From assembly GCA_965223905.1 (NCBI GenBank), contig CBDCXV010000010.1, positions 160,001 through 224,000 of the forward strand: 64,000 nucleotides of DNA. The letters are read 5' to 3'. Each line of letters begins with the position of its first letter. Position 1 is the first letter of the stretch. Both the position numbers and the translations under genes were made by a program. The DNA comes from Candidatus Latescibacterota bacterium. Its GTDB lineage: Bacteria; Latescibacterota; UBA2968; UBA8231. The notes beneath the pieces were generated by a model. It worked only from the letters and a program-made list of their open reading frames with translations, did no database searches and was not told where the DNA came from. Positions 1 through 9,671 of the stretch are shown in pieces.

Positions 1-1
1 T

Positions 2-448
2 GTCCCCGACATGATCCGCTACTACCTCGGCGAGGAGCCGGTCCTGGCCAACGTCGAGACCTACCTGTGCCGGCGGCCCCGCGACCTGGAGTACACCCTC
101 GACAACCTCGAGAACCTCGTGGTCAAGCGCGTCGGCGAATCCGGGGGCTACGGCATGCTCCTCGGCCCCCAGGCGACGCCGGAGGAGCGCGCCGCCTACG
201 CCGAGGAGCTTCGCGCCGACCCCGCCGGCTTCATCTCCCAGCCGGTGCTTCCCCTCTCCCGCGCCCCCTGCTTCATCGAGGGCCGCGCCGAGCCTCGCCA
301 CGTCGACCTGCGCCCGTTCGTCCTCCACGGCCGCGAGACCCGCATAGTCCCCGGGGCCTTCTGCCGGGTGGCGCTGCGCCGGGGCAGCCTGGTGGTGAAC
401 TCGAGCCAGGGCGGGGGCGGCAAGGACCTCTGGGTGCTGGAGGACTGA
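2..448 (+). CDS. Circularly permuted type 2 ATP-grasp protein (DUF404/407), C-terminal part; starts before the window
   Basis: Motifs GESGGYGMLLGP, PRHVDLRPFV, SLVVNSSQGGGGKDLWV; followed by alpha-E and transglutaminase genes. Confidence 0.92.
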   Translation, partial: VPDMIRYYLGEEPVLANVETYLCRRPRDLEYTLDNLENLVVKRVGESGGYGMLLGPQATPEERAAYAEELRADPAGFISQPVLPLSRAPCFIEGRAEPRHVDLRPFVLHGRETRIVPGAFCRVALRRGSLVVNSSQGGGGKDLWVLED

Positions 449-1423
449 ATGCTCGCGCGCAGCGCTCAGGGACTCTATTGGATGGGCCGCTACCTCGAGC
501 GGGCCGAACATCTGTGCCGCCTGTTGCGACTGCAGGTGGAGGCGCTGGTCGACCGGCCCGTCGAGGAGATCCAGTACGGCTGGAGCCGGATCTACGCCGG
601 CCTCGGCCGGCAGCCGCCCGGGGGAGACCTCGGCACCGGCGGCAGCGACGACTACGTCCTGGCCGATTCCTACACTCTGGCGGGGGATCTCACCTTCGAG
701 CGCTCCAACCCCGATTCGGTGCGCAGGTGCCTCGCCCTTGGCCGCAAGAACGCCCGCCAGATGCGTAACTGCATCAGCGCCGAGATGTGGACCTGCCTCA
801 ACCTCTCCTGGCTGCGCATCCGCGACCTCGGCATCGAGGACATCTGGAAGGTCGCCCCGGAAAGCTTCTACGCGGAGACCACCCGGGAGATCGACACCTT
901 CACCGGTGTCGCCGAAGCGACCATGTACCGCGACGAGGGCTGGCGCTTCATGCGCATCGGGCGTTTCATCGAGCGCGCCCAGCTTCTGTCCGCCTTCCTC
1001 CTCGCCCAGCTCGCCGAACGTGAGCAGGGCGGAACCTCCGACACCGGATGGACGAGCCTGCTGCACTCCTGCCAGGCGTTCGACACCTACAAGCGCAGCT
1101 ACAGCGTCGAGGTCCAGGCGGACCGGGTGCTCGACCTCCTCGTCACCGATCCCCTGCTGCCGGGCTCGCTGTGCCGCTCCCTCGACGCGCTATCCGCGGA
1201 GCTCGCTGCCAGTGGTCCCGGTCCGGGCGCGCGCGCCGGGGCCGCGGCCGAGCGCCTCTCCGGCCGGCTGTACGCCCTGATCCGCTACGATTGGCCGGAC
1301 TGCGAGGACCGCGAAGACCGGGAGGCCCTTCTCGCGCAAGTAGGCGAACACTGCCGGAAGCTCCACGAGCTCGTGAACGCGGAGTACATCGAGTACGCCA
1401 TCGAGGACAGCCCGGTGCACTGA
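449..1423 (+). CDS. Alpha-E domain protein (DUF403)
   Basis: MLARSAQGLYWMGRYLERAE N-terminus and second GRFIERA motif; abuts the ATP-grasp gene. Confidence 0.92.
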   Translation: MLARSAQGLYWMGRYLERAEHLCRLLRLQVEALVDRPVEEIQYGWSRIYAGLGRQPPGGDLGTGGSDDYVLADSYTLAGDLTFERSNPDSVRRCLALGRKNARQMRNCISAEMWTCLNLSWLRIRDLGIEDIWKVAPESFYAETTREIDTFTGVAEATMYRDEGWRFMRIGRFIERAQLLSAFLLAQLAEREQGGTSDTGWTSLLHSCQAFDTYKRSYSVEVQADRVLDLLVTDPLLPGSLCRSLDALSAELAASGPGPGARAGAAAERLSGRLYALIRYDWPDCEDREDREALLAQVGEHCRKLHELVNAEYIEYAIEDSPVH

Positions 1424-1427
1424 CGCC

Positions 1428-2368
1428 ATGACCGGGCAGTCCGTTACGAGATCGAGCACCTCTCCCGCTTCAGCTACGATACCAGCGTGCGGCAGTGCGT
1501 CATGTTGCTCTGCCTGGAGCCGCTCCAGGACCGCGGGCAGCGGCTTCTCGACTTCGAGATCGGGACGCGCCCATTGGCCTTCCTCAACCGCGAGACGGAC
1601 TGTTTCGGCAACGCGCGGCACCTCCTCGACCTTCACCGTGAGCACCGGACCCTCGAGATCACCGCCCGCTCCACGGTCGAGGCTGCACTCGCCCCCGCGC
1701 TCCCCGAACGACTGGGGGCCGGCGTCTGGGAGGAGATCCGCTCCCCCGGCAACTCCTTCGCCGACTGGAGCTTCACGCGCCCGAGCGCGCTGGTGCGGTC
1801 ATCCCCGAGTCTCGAGGCGTTCGTCGACCGGCATGGCATCGAGCCCGGGAGCGACCCTCTCGAAAGTCTGTCACAGCTGTCCGGCACCCTGCACCGCTGC
1901 CTGCACTACATCCCGGGAAGCACCACGGCGGAATCACCGGTCGAGCACATCCTCGAGACCGGCAGCGGTGTCTGCCAGGACTACTCTCACCTCATGATCG
2001 CCATCGCGCGCTCCTGGGGCATCCCCGCCCGCTACGTCTCCGGCTACCTTCACCTTCCGGGGAGATCCGACGGGCAGCCGTCTGTCAACGCCACCCACGC
2101 CTGGGTCGAATGCCGGCTGCCGGGGCTCGGCTGGACAGGCTTCGACCCCACCAACCAGAGCCCTGCCGGAGAGGGAGGTGTGGTGCGCATCGCGACGGGG
2201 CGGGACTACCACGATGTGTCACCTACTCGCGGCATCCTCCACGGCGGAGGAGGAACCCGGCTCGATGTCGAGGTGCGGGTGCGCGCCGCCGGAGGGGATC
2301 CGGCCAGCGGGAAGTCGGACCCGGCAACGGCATCCTGCGGCACCTCCTCGATTGGAACCATCGCCTGA
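1428..2368 (+). CDS. Transglutaminase-family protein; apparent 1-nt frameshift just after the ATG
   Basis: Triad motifs GVCQDYSH, HAWVE, FDPTN. N-terminal VRYEIEHLSRFSY begins at 1439 in the frame of the 1487 ORF, while the ATG at 1428 is out of frame. Confidence 0.88.
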
Positions 2369-2431
2369 ACATCAGAACCCCGGGGCGGCGACCACCGCTG
2401 CCGTCCATCCCTGACTCAAGGAGCGAACCTC

Positions 2432-2872
2432 ATGGACCTGCTCAAGCGCATCAGCGGCATTTATCTGATTGCATTGGCGGTGGCGGTCGCCGTCCACACC
2501 GTGGTCGAACCGCTCTATCACGCATCCAGTCCCGGGCAGCCGTACAGCCCTCTCTGGGACGTCCTGGATCCCTTGATGGCACTGGCCATCGCGTTGGCCC
2601 TGATATTCGGCTATCTCCGCAAGCAGGAGGTTGACCGCGAAGGGGGCGGTGCCGGGGTGACCCGGGAATTCGTCGCCGCCAACACCCATTTCTACGGGTT
2701 CCTGTTCGTCGGCATCCTGTTCTTCTGGAACTGGTTCAACCTGCTCATGCCCGCGTTCACCGCCCCGGGCGAGAATACGGTCACCCTGGTGTGGATACTC
2801 ATCGACGCCATCCTGCCGCTTCTGGCCGGCGCCATGGGGATCTTTCTGCTGCGCCGCGGCCGCGGCAAATAG
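2432..2872 (+). CDS. Small integral membrane protein, about 4 TM helices, unknown function
   Basis: AAGGAG RBS upstream; four hydrophobic segments. Confidence 0.75.
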   Translation: MDLLKRISGIYLIALAVAVAVHTVVEPLYHASSPGQPYSPLWDVLDPLMALAIALALIFGYLRKQEVDREGGGAGVTREFVAANTHFYGFLFVGILFFWNWFNLLMPAFTAPGENTVTLVWILIDAILPLLAGAMGIFLLRRGRGK

Positions 2873-3029
2873 CCTCGGAGGAAGTGGAGGTTGCAGGGCG
2901 GGCCAGTGGGTACGGGCTCGCCCTTGCCGGAGGGAAGGGAACCGGTGTGGTGTCTTTCCCGAGTGCCGGCGCATCTCACCTATCTTTGATACAGCTGTCA
3001 CTGACATATCCGCAATCGAAAGGAGAACC

Positions 3030-3965
3030 ATGGGAAAGCATCTGACAGCAATAATCATTCTGGGGCTTGCCTGTCTCTTTCCCGCAGCGCATCCCGCCGT
3101 TGCCCAGGACCTGGAGGTAACGGCCGGTGACGTGGTGGACCGGGAAACCCTGAAAGCCTTTGTCGAAGGGGCAAAGGGGTCCCTGGAGAGCGCCACTGAC
3201 TTTTCCGAGGTCGCAAGCCTGGTGGGGGCGTTCAGGAGCGAGGGAGATTGGAAGGCCGGCTCGATCTACCTCGTTATTCTGACTCCCGAAGGTGTGGTGC
3301 AATTTCACGGGGAGGATCTGACCTTCGAGGATAATAGCGTGCTCGATCTCGAAGATGCCCGTGGCAACAAGGTCGTCCAGGAGATCCTCGACGCTGCCGC
3401 TGCAGGCGGCGGTTTTGTCGAGTATTACTGGGATGATCCGACGGTAGAAGGCGACGAAGACGCTGACTCTCCCAAGCTGACGTACGCTGTCCCCGCGACC
3501 ATACAAAGCCAGGAGTTTATCGTAGCCGCCGGCTTTTACATGGATCTGTCGGGCGTCGGCGATGAGGCAAACATCTTTGAGATCCTGGAGACAACGGCCC
3601 GGGATGTGAAGGACCGGGAAACCCTGAAAGCCTTTGTCGAAGGGATGCGAGTTCTTATTCCCATTCTTGAGGAAAACGGTCCTGCCTACTTGGCAACTAT
3701 CCAGGCTGCAATCAGGACCGAAGGGGAGGATTTCAAGTATGACTCGATTTACCACATTGTCCTGGATACCGACGGCCTGGTGATCTTTCACGGAGCCAAC
3801 CCGAGCTTCGATGGACAAAACATGATTGATCTCGAAGATGCCAACGGGGTCAAAAAGGAGGAGACAACCATGAACCGACGTGCACGAGACCACGAAGGCT
3901 ATCGAGCGGTTCGGGCGGAAGGCGTTGTCCGAAGAGAATGCATATCCATACCGTTTACCGTCTAA
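3030..3965 (+). CDS. Secreted tandem Cache-domain protein, probably 3'-truncated near 3855
   Basis: Signal peptide (AVA/QD); two repeats of RETLKAFVEG...FHG...DLEDA.G; GFVEYYWDDP motif typical of single Cache domains; the second repeat breaks off. Confidence 0.75.
   Translation: MGKHLTAIIILGLACLFPAAHPAVAQDLEVTAGDVVDRETLKAFVEGAKGSLESATDFSEVASLVGAFRSEGDWKAGSIYLVILTPEGVVQFHGEDLTFEDNSVLDLEDARGNKVVQEILDAAAAGGGFVEYYWDDPTVEGDEDADSPKLTYAVPATIQSQEFIVAAGFYMDLSGVGDEANIFEILETTARDVKDRETLKAFVEGMRVLIPILEENGPAYLATIQAAIRTEGEDFKYDSIYHIVLDTDGLVIFHGANPSFDGQNMIDLEDANGVKKEETTMNRRARDHEGYRAVRAEGVVRRECISIPFTV
3137..3644 (+). repeat. Identical 34-bp direct repeat at 3137-3170 and 3611-3644 marking a Cache domain duplication
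   Basis: GGACCGGGAAACCCTGAAAGCCTTTGTCGAAGGG occurs twice. Confidence 0.9.
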
Positions 3966-3984
3966 AAATGAAAGGGGTGCCATC

Positions 3985-4811
3985 GTGAAGCGCATGACAG
4001 CAGCAGTCATTCTGGGACTGGTCAGCCTCTTCATCACCCGTCACGCCGCGGCACAAAACCCGGAAACAACCGCCGGCGAGGTAGTGGACGCGGCAACGCT
4101 GGAAGCCTTCGTATTGTATGCGCTATCACAGGCGGCAGCCGTTTCCGATCCGAACGACGTCGCGCCGTTTATCATCAGTTTGGGTATCGAAGGAAAGTGG
4201 AGGCAGGGGAACACGTTCCTCATCCTCATGCAGCCGGATGGCACGGTGTATTCTCACGGCGGTGACACGAGTGTCAGCGGAAAGAACATTTTGATGTCAG
4301 GGACAGCAGAGGCAGTACGGTTGTACAAGACCTCATCGCCGCGGCGAACATGGGCGGAGGCCACGTCCACGGCTTCTACCAGGCCCGCGCCAGAAACGCC
4401 GACGGCGGCGACGTCGGACAGTGGTACAGCATTTCCCTCAACCGCGGCAGGCGGCAGGTGCTGGAGCTGACCCTGGGGGGCGGCGTGCGGGTGGTGGGGC
4501 CGAGCGACTGGACGCCGCCGAGCAGGGGAGCCGGGTGCCGGCGGCCTGGAGCCCAACGCCCCCAATCCCTTCAACAGCAGCACGCAAATTCCCTACCGCC
4601 TGGCCAACCCCGGTCCGGTGCGCCTGGTGATCTACAACGCCCTCGGCCAGCAGGTGCGCACGCTCGTTGATGAGTTCCAGGCCGCCGGGGTGTACCAGGT
4701 CCATTGGGACGCCCGCGACCGGCAGGGCTCCGCGGTGGCCGCGGGGTCTACTTCGCACGCCTGTCCCATCCGGGTGGGGTACAGACACGGCGGATGCTCT
4801 ACCTCAAGTAG
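3985..4811 (+). pseudogene. Second Cache-domain paralog joined by deletion and frameshifts to a C-terminal FlgD-Ig-like tail
   Basis: Signal peptide plus TAGEVVDAATLEAFV Cache start; later, in shifting frames, PNAPNPFNSSTQIPYRL...VRLVIYNALGQQVRTLV...WDARD...MLYLK stop. Confidence 0.7.
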
Positions 4812-4904
4812 TCCGGAGCGCGGAAGCCCGTCGGGGAAGGATGGATACCAACCCGGCAGGGTCCGTGCCCGTCACGAAAAACGATGGGAAGAACAGGAGG
4901 GTGC

Positions 4905-5751
4905 ATGACGGGACTATCAGAGGGAGAACGGGAAGCGCCATCCACCTCGCCATCCGGAAATGCAGTGGACGGCCTCCGGATGGCCCCCGAGCTCATGGTC
5001 GACCTCGCTCGCAAGGCGGCAGAGCTCGTGGTGGAGCGGATCGAGGGCCTGCCGGAAGAAACCCGCCTGGGACGGTGAGTTCCGGCAGGTGCTCGAAGCC
5101 CGTGGCTGCACGTCGACGCCGCGTACGGAGGCTTCGCCGCGGTGACCGAGGAAGGCGGCAGGCTGTTGCGCGGAATCGAGCGCGCCGATTCGATCGGGCT
5201 GGACGCGCACAAATGGTTCTTTCAACCGTACGAGGCCGGCTGCCTGCTGGTGAAGGACGCCGGCACCCTCGAACAGGCATTCGGCGTTCACCACGACATC
5301 CTCCAGGACACCGTGTGGGGTGCGAACCTCTCGGACCGCGGCCTGCAGCTGAGCCGCTCCTTCCGCGCCCCGAAGCTCTGGATGTCGGTCCAGACCTTCG
5401 GAATGGCGGCGTTCCGGCGGGCGGTTTCCAAGGGGATGGAGCTGGCCGCCCGGGCGGAAGGGTACGTCCGCGAGAGCCGGACCCTGGAGCTGTTGACCCC
5501 GGCGTCGCTGGGAATCGTCTGTTTCCGCAATCAACCCCGAAGGCACCCCCGTCGGCGAAGAATCCCTCGAAGAGGTCAACCGGACCGTGCTCGCCAGGGT
5601 CTTCTGGGATGACCGCGCCTTCATATCGTCGACGCTGCTCCGGGGGAAGTTTTCTCTCAGGATGTGCATCATCAACCACACCACCACCTGGGACGACGTG
5701 CGCGAAACCCTGGAGGCTGCCGAGAGGTTCGGGTCCGAGGAATTATCCTGA
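4905..5751 (+). pseudogene. PLP-dependent group II (aromatic amino acid-type) decarboxylase with a large internal deletion and frameshifts
   Basis: About 65 N-terminal codons are fused directly to WLHVDAAYGG; DAHKW PLP-lysine motif; LRMCIINHTTT C-terminus; three reading frames. Confidence 0.85.
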
Positions 5752-5858
5752 TTCGAGAGAGAGGCGGGACCAGAATAGGCGGAAACGGTCCAGCTAATGC
5801 ATTTTCCAATCATCCAACCATAACCATGACATTGCCCGATTCCATGGAGGAGAAGCCC

Positions 5859-7208
5859 ATGAGACTCGTTTCTTCTTTTCTGCTCACCTGCGCCTTGACC
5901 CTGGGCGGCTGCTCCGACCACGATCCGGTTTCCTCCAACCAGCCGGAAGCGGCGGGCAAGCGGATATCCAGCAGCCTGACCTTGAGCGCCCCTGTCGCCG
6001 GGCTGGCCGAGTCCAGGCCCTCCAGGCCCCGCTTCGAGCCCGGACCGCTCGGCGCCGTCGAAGTCGAAGAGGGAGAGGCGGTACAGATCCGGTCGTTGCT
6101 CGCGCACACCGTAGCGCCATCCCTTGGCGTGCCATCCCGGCAAAGCATCGAGTTGGCCGTGGCGGACTTCGGACCCGTTCACGGCCGCGAGGTCGAGCTC
6201 GGAGAGCCTGTAGACGCCATGTGCTCGCCGGAAGGGGGAAGCGCGGGCGCAGGGCAGATCGTCGCCGACCCGCAGGTGCTCGGCGTCATCGGCACCTCCT
6301 GCTCGGCCGCGGCGGTAGCGGCCTCACGGGTGATCGGGGAAGCGGGGCTGGTGATGATCTCGCCATCCAACACCTCCCCTTCGCTCACTTCCGATCTGGC
6401 CGGCAACGCCAATCCCGACCACCACCCCGGGTATTTCCGCGTTTCCATCAACGATCTCTACCAGGCGCAGGCGGTCGCCGACTTCGCCTACACCGAGCTG
6501 GGCCTGCGGAGCATGGCCGCGGTCGACGACGGAGATCCGTACACGACGGCCCTGGTCAGCGCCTTCAGCGACGCTTTCACCGCACTCGGAGGGACGCTTG
6601 CAGCCACCGCCCGGGTCGAGAAGGGGGAGACGGACATGACCTCTATCCTGGCGGAATTCTCGGAAGCCGGGCCGGACGGCATCTTCTTCCCGCTCTTCGT
6701 AGTGGAAGGCTCCGCATTCGCCGAGCAGGCGCGGGCCTTCGACGGGCTGGAAGGGGTGACGCTCATTTCGGGTGCGGCCCTTCTGGTGTCCGAGTTCCTC
6801 GGCACGCCGCAGTCGGAGGGCATCTACTTCGCGGGGCCGGAGTCGGATCTCGGCTCGAACGTCAACGCGGCGACCGGCAAGAGCGCCGAGGAAGTGCTGG
6901 ACGCATTCGCCGCGGCTCACGGCGGGTCTCCGGGGACTCCCTACTGGGCGCACTCCTACGACGCTGCGACGCTGCTGCTCGGCGCCATCGAGTCCGTTGC
7001 CGTGGCCGAGGTCGGGAAGCTGTACGTCGACCGCGCCGCGCTGCGGGAGGAGATCGCGGCGACGGACGGCTTCCAGGGCCTCGTAGGAACGGTTTCCTGC
7101 GACGATTTCGGAGACTGCGGCACCGGGCGCATCAACATCTACCACCACATGGACGCGAACATCACCGATCCCGCGCAGCTGCCGGTGGTCTACCGGTTCG
7201 CTCCCTGA
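5859..7208 (+). CDS. Branched-chain amino acid (LivJ/K-type) substrate-binding lipoprotein
   Basis: GGAGG RBS; lipobox LGGC; VIGTSCS, ISPSNTSPSLT, GYFRVS, YDA motifs. Confidence 0.88.
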   Translation: MRLVSSFLLTCALTLGGCSDHDPVSSNQPEAAGKRISSSLTLSAPVAGLAESRPSRPRFEPGPLGAVEVEEGEAVQIRSLLAHTVAPSLGVPSRQSIELAVADFGPVHGREVELGEPVDAMCSPEGGSAGAGQIVADPQVLGVIGTSCSAAAVAASRVIGEAGLVMISPSNTSPSLTSDLAGNANPDHHPGYFRVSINDLYQAQAVADFAYTELGLRSMAAVDDGDPYTTALVSAFSDAFTALGGTLAATARVEKGETDMTSILAEFSEAGPDGIFFPLFVVEGSAFAEQARAFDGLEGVTLISGAALLVSEFLGTPQSEGIYFAGPESDLGSNVNAATGKSAEEVLDAFAAAHGGSPGTPYWAHSYDAATLLLGAIESVAVAEVGKLYVDRAALREEIAATDGFQGLVGTVSCDDFGDCGTGRINIYHHMDANITDPAQLPVVYRFAP

Positions 7209-7678
7209 GCCTTGTCTCCCGGCTGCTGGGGCAGTTCCGCCAGGGACGGAGCTGGGAGGATTCGTCGATGCCGAGGGGCATCGGCCGCAGGACTCCAAAA
7301 GGCCCGGGATGGTGCTTCGTGAGCTGGGCATCCTACCCGATAGGGACCCGGCTGAACGGCATGCGGGTCCGCGTTCTCCCTGGTCCACCCGAAGGGGAGC
7401 TCGTTCAGCGAGCGCCGTGCTGATTCCGCCACTGCGCCTGTAGCGGATAAATGGACCTTGTCGAGAACCAAGGATCTACTCGACCGCTCACCCAACAGGA
7501 CATGCCCGTGGGTGGGAAGACAGCCTACCGCGTTCGAAAGACTAGGAAAAGAAACGGGATCAGGCAGGCGCCTTCAGCTCGAGGAATTACGCATCAACGC
7601 AACGCATTCCTCCGGTGTTCCAGTTGTAGAAGCTGCCTCTTCAGGCAGGAAATCCTATTCTACGCTCTGAACCACTAA

Positions 7679-7763
7679 CAGCCCGTTGATAAAGTTGCGC
7701 TGCAGGCGAGACCGAGTCATTGCGGTCGAAGACAAGGCGCGCGACCGAAGTGTAAAACGGCTC
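7679..7763 (+). mobile_element. MITE-like element family A, copy 1 (right end degenerate)
   Basis: Begins CAGCCCGTTGATAAAGTTG and carries the internal AGTCAT.GCGGTCGAAGACAA shared with three other copies. Confidence 0.75.
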
Positions 7764-7885
7764 GGGTAATTCCCATACGGTTCGGAAGTGGTGGTCAAAT
7801 CCCTGTCCCCCGGGGAGTCATCTTTCAACCGGTGCGTTTCGACCCGCGCAGAAATTTCCAGCCCTCCAAGAGAGATCGCCGGAAA

Positions 7886-8635
7886 TCAACAAAGCCGAGG
7901 ATCGGAATCCGGGGCCACTTCATGAGCGATGGCGGCAGCGAAATCCTCGTTGCCCAGATCCTCCAGCCGCCATCTGACTTCCGGCATCCGGGGAAACCGG
8001 AATATGGTCGTCGTCATGCCGCGGCGCATGGCCAAGGGGATCTCGAATTCGGACATGCCCGAAGAAAGGCCTGTGCCAAGCGCCTTGAGCAGTGCTTCCT
8101 TCATTGTCCAGAGATTGTAGAACAGGTGGAGCTTGTGGCTTCCACGCGCCAATGCGAGCTCGGCCTTTTCGCCCGGGCCGAGCACGGTCCTTATCAGTCC
8201 GTCGAGGTCGCCACGGGGGACCCGTTCCTCGACATCCACGCCCAGCCGCCCTTCCGGCGCCACCGCGATCAATCCATGTCCGCCCCCGTGACTTACGTTG
8301 AAGCTTATGGTCGCCGGCGCCCCATCCAACAGGGCAAACGGCTTTCCATAACTGGATACAGCGAATGCAAGTTGTTCGTTTCGGCAGCCGAGTCGCTTGC
8401 AGAGAATTGCGCGGAGCGCCGCACGGCACAAGGCGAATCGACGACGGGGACCGGCATGCAGGTAGCGTTGCCAGCGTGACTGTTCCTTTTCGTCAAGGTA
8501 CTCAAGGGCGTCCGCCTCCCGGGAAGCATGTGGCGAAAGATCGACGTATGTGACGGCGGCGTTGCCGATCTTTCTGAAGGGACGCCACCAGCACTCGGCA
8601 ACGGAAGCTGGTATTGTTTGTCGGGGGAGCTGCAC
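7886..8635 (-). CDS. supC: Sfp-type 4'-phosphopantetheinyl transferase (SupC-like)
   Basis: YGKP, FNVSHG, LGVDVE, WTMKEALLKALGTG motifs; follows ACP and PKS fragments. Confidence 0.88.
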   Translation of the reverse strand: MQLPRQTIPASVAECWWRPFRKIGNAAVTYVDLSPHASREADALEYLDEKEQSRWQRYLHAGPRRRFALCRAALRAILCKRLGCRNEQLAFAVSSYGKPFALLDGAPATISFNVSHGGGHGLIAVAPEGRLGVDVEERVPRGDLDGLIRTVLGPGEKAELALARGSHKLHLFYNLWTMKEALLKALGTGLSSGMSEFEIPLAMRRGMTTTIFRFPRMPEVRWRLEDLGNEDFAAAIAHEVAPDSDPRLC

Positions 8636-8697
8636 CAGTCCTTCACAAAGCCGCAGATCTTCGCTGGAGCAGCGGACACCCCGTATCCAGGGGGCGT

Positions 8698-8870
8698 TCA
8701 GCCAGCGTGAGTATCGAGGTGCTCGATGAATTCCCGTACGCTGTTATCATCCGCACAATCTTCGGGAGTAAACGTATCGTTGGATTCCTGAGCGACCAGT
8801 TTCGCGAACGCAACGAGTTTCACGGAGGATACGCCGGCATCGATCAGGCTGAAATCCATATCCTCCCGCA
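8698..8870 (-). pseudogene. supB: Acyl carrier protein fragment (SupB-like), 5' end lost
   Basis: Manual translation EDMDFSLIDAGVSSVKLVAFAKLVAQESNDTFTPEDCADDNSVREFIEHLDTHAG stop, with a DAGVSS Ppant-serine motif. Confidence 0.7.
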
Positions 8871-8929
8871 GCCCTACGGGAATAATGCCAACGTGGGCTC
8901 AGGATGGACAGCACCATCCATTTCCCCGC

Positions 8930-9164
8930 ACCCGACCCCGGAGCCCGGAACACCCTCGGTCACCCCGTTCTTCCCGGCTTCGAGCAGCCGCCAGAAAGCC
9001 GAGAGGTCCTCTGCCTTTGGGAATCGGCACGCCATGCCCACAATCGCTATCGGCTGTGCGGACCGGTTCCCCTTCTGTTGCCCGACCCCGGTTTCAGGAA
9101 CGGGTTCTCCGGAAGGATCGAAGGACCCGTCCAGTCTCAACATGCTACCGGTTTCAGAATTCAT
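8930..9164 (-). pseudogene. supA: N-terminal stub of a type I PKS ketosynthase (SupA-like); remainder deleted
   Basis: QPIAIVGMACRFPKAEDLSAFWRLLEAGKNGVTEGVPGSGVG, then the similarity ends abruptly. Confidence 0.82.
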
Positions 9165-9513
9165 CTCGGCAACCCTTTCTTCAAAATCAAAACACCGGTC
9201 GTTGCCCGGCCCCTCCATTTCTCCGACTCCAAAACAATACCACGTGTATATGAAACCCACCAAGCGACACCGCCACCTCGTTGCGTGAGGATTCCGTCGC
9301 GCCCTTGCCGGGGATGGCGAAATTCACTTGCGCGAAGACAAACCGCGCTACAATCAACGGGCTGCAATCGATTTGGTTATCTTTTTCCGTCTTCGTCCGC
9401 ACCTTCACCCGTTTCTTTGGAAACAGGGACCGCGCCCACAAGAGCGAACGACTGCCAATACCTGGAAGGCAGGCCTTTCGCCGGCACGTAATGATGCGGT
9501 GACCTTTGGCGCC

Positions 9514-9553
9514 GGTCCGAACTTCCATCCTCTGGTCCGAACTTCCATCCTCT
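9514..9553 (+). repeat. Perfect 20-bp tandem duplication
   Basis: GGTCCGAACTTCCATCCTCT x2 in the intergenic region. Confidence 0.9.
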
Positions 9554-9671
9554 GATCGACTGATGCGACCCTTGCCGCCGCGCAACGGCTGCCCTCTCGC
9601 GGGCCCTTCCGGCAACACCCCCTACCACCCCGTCCGGTGACTTCCGGACCATACAAACCTGGAGCGCCTCG

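Noticed and set aside
3137-3644. Repeated segments as a DGR template/variable pair
   Set aside because: The repeat is identical, in frame within duplicated domains, shows no adenine-specific changes, and no reverse transcriptase is present.
7335-7392. tRNA-like 3' end (GCGGGTCCGCGTTCTCCCTGGTCCAC)
   Set aside because: No GTTCRA T-loop and no cloverleaf could be built by eye.
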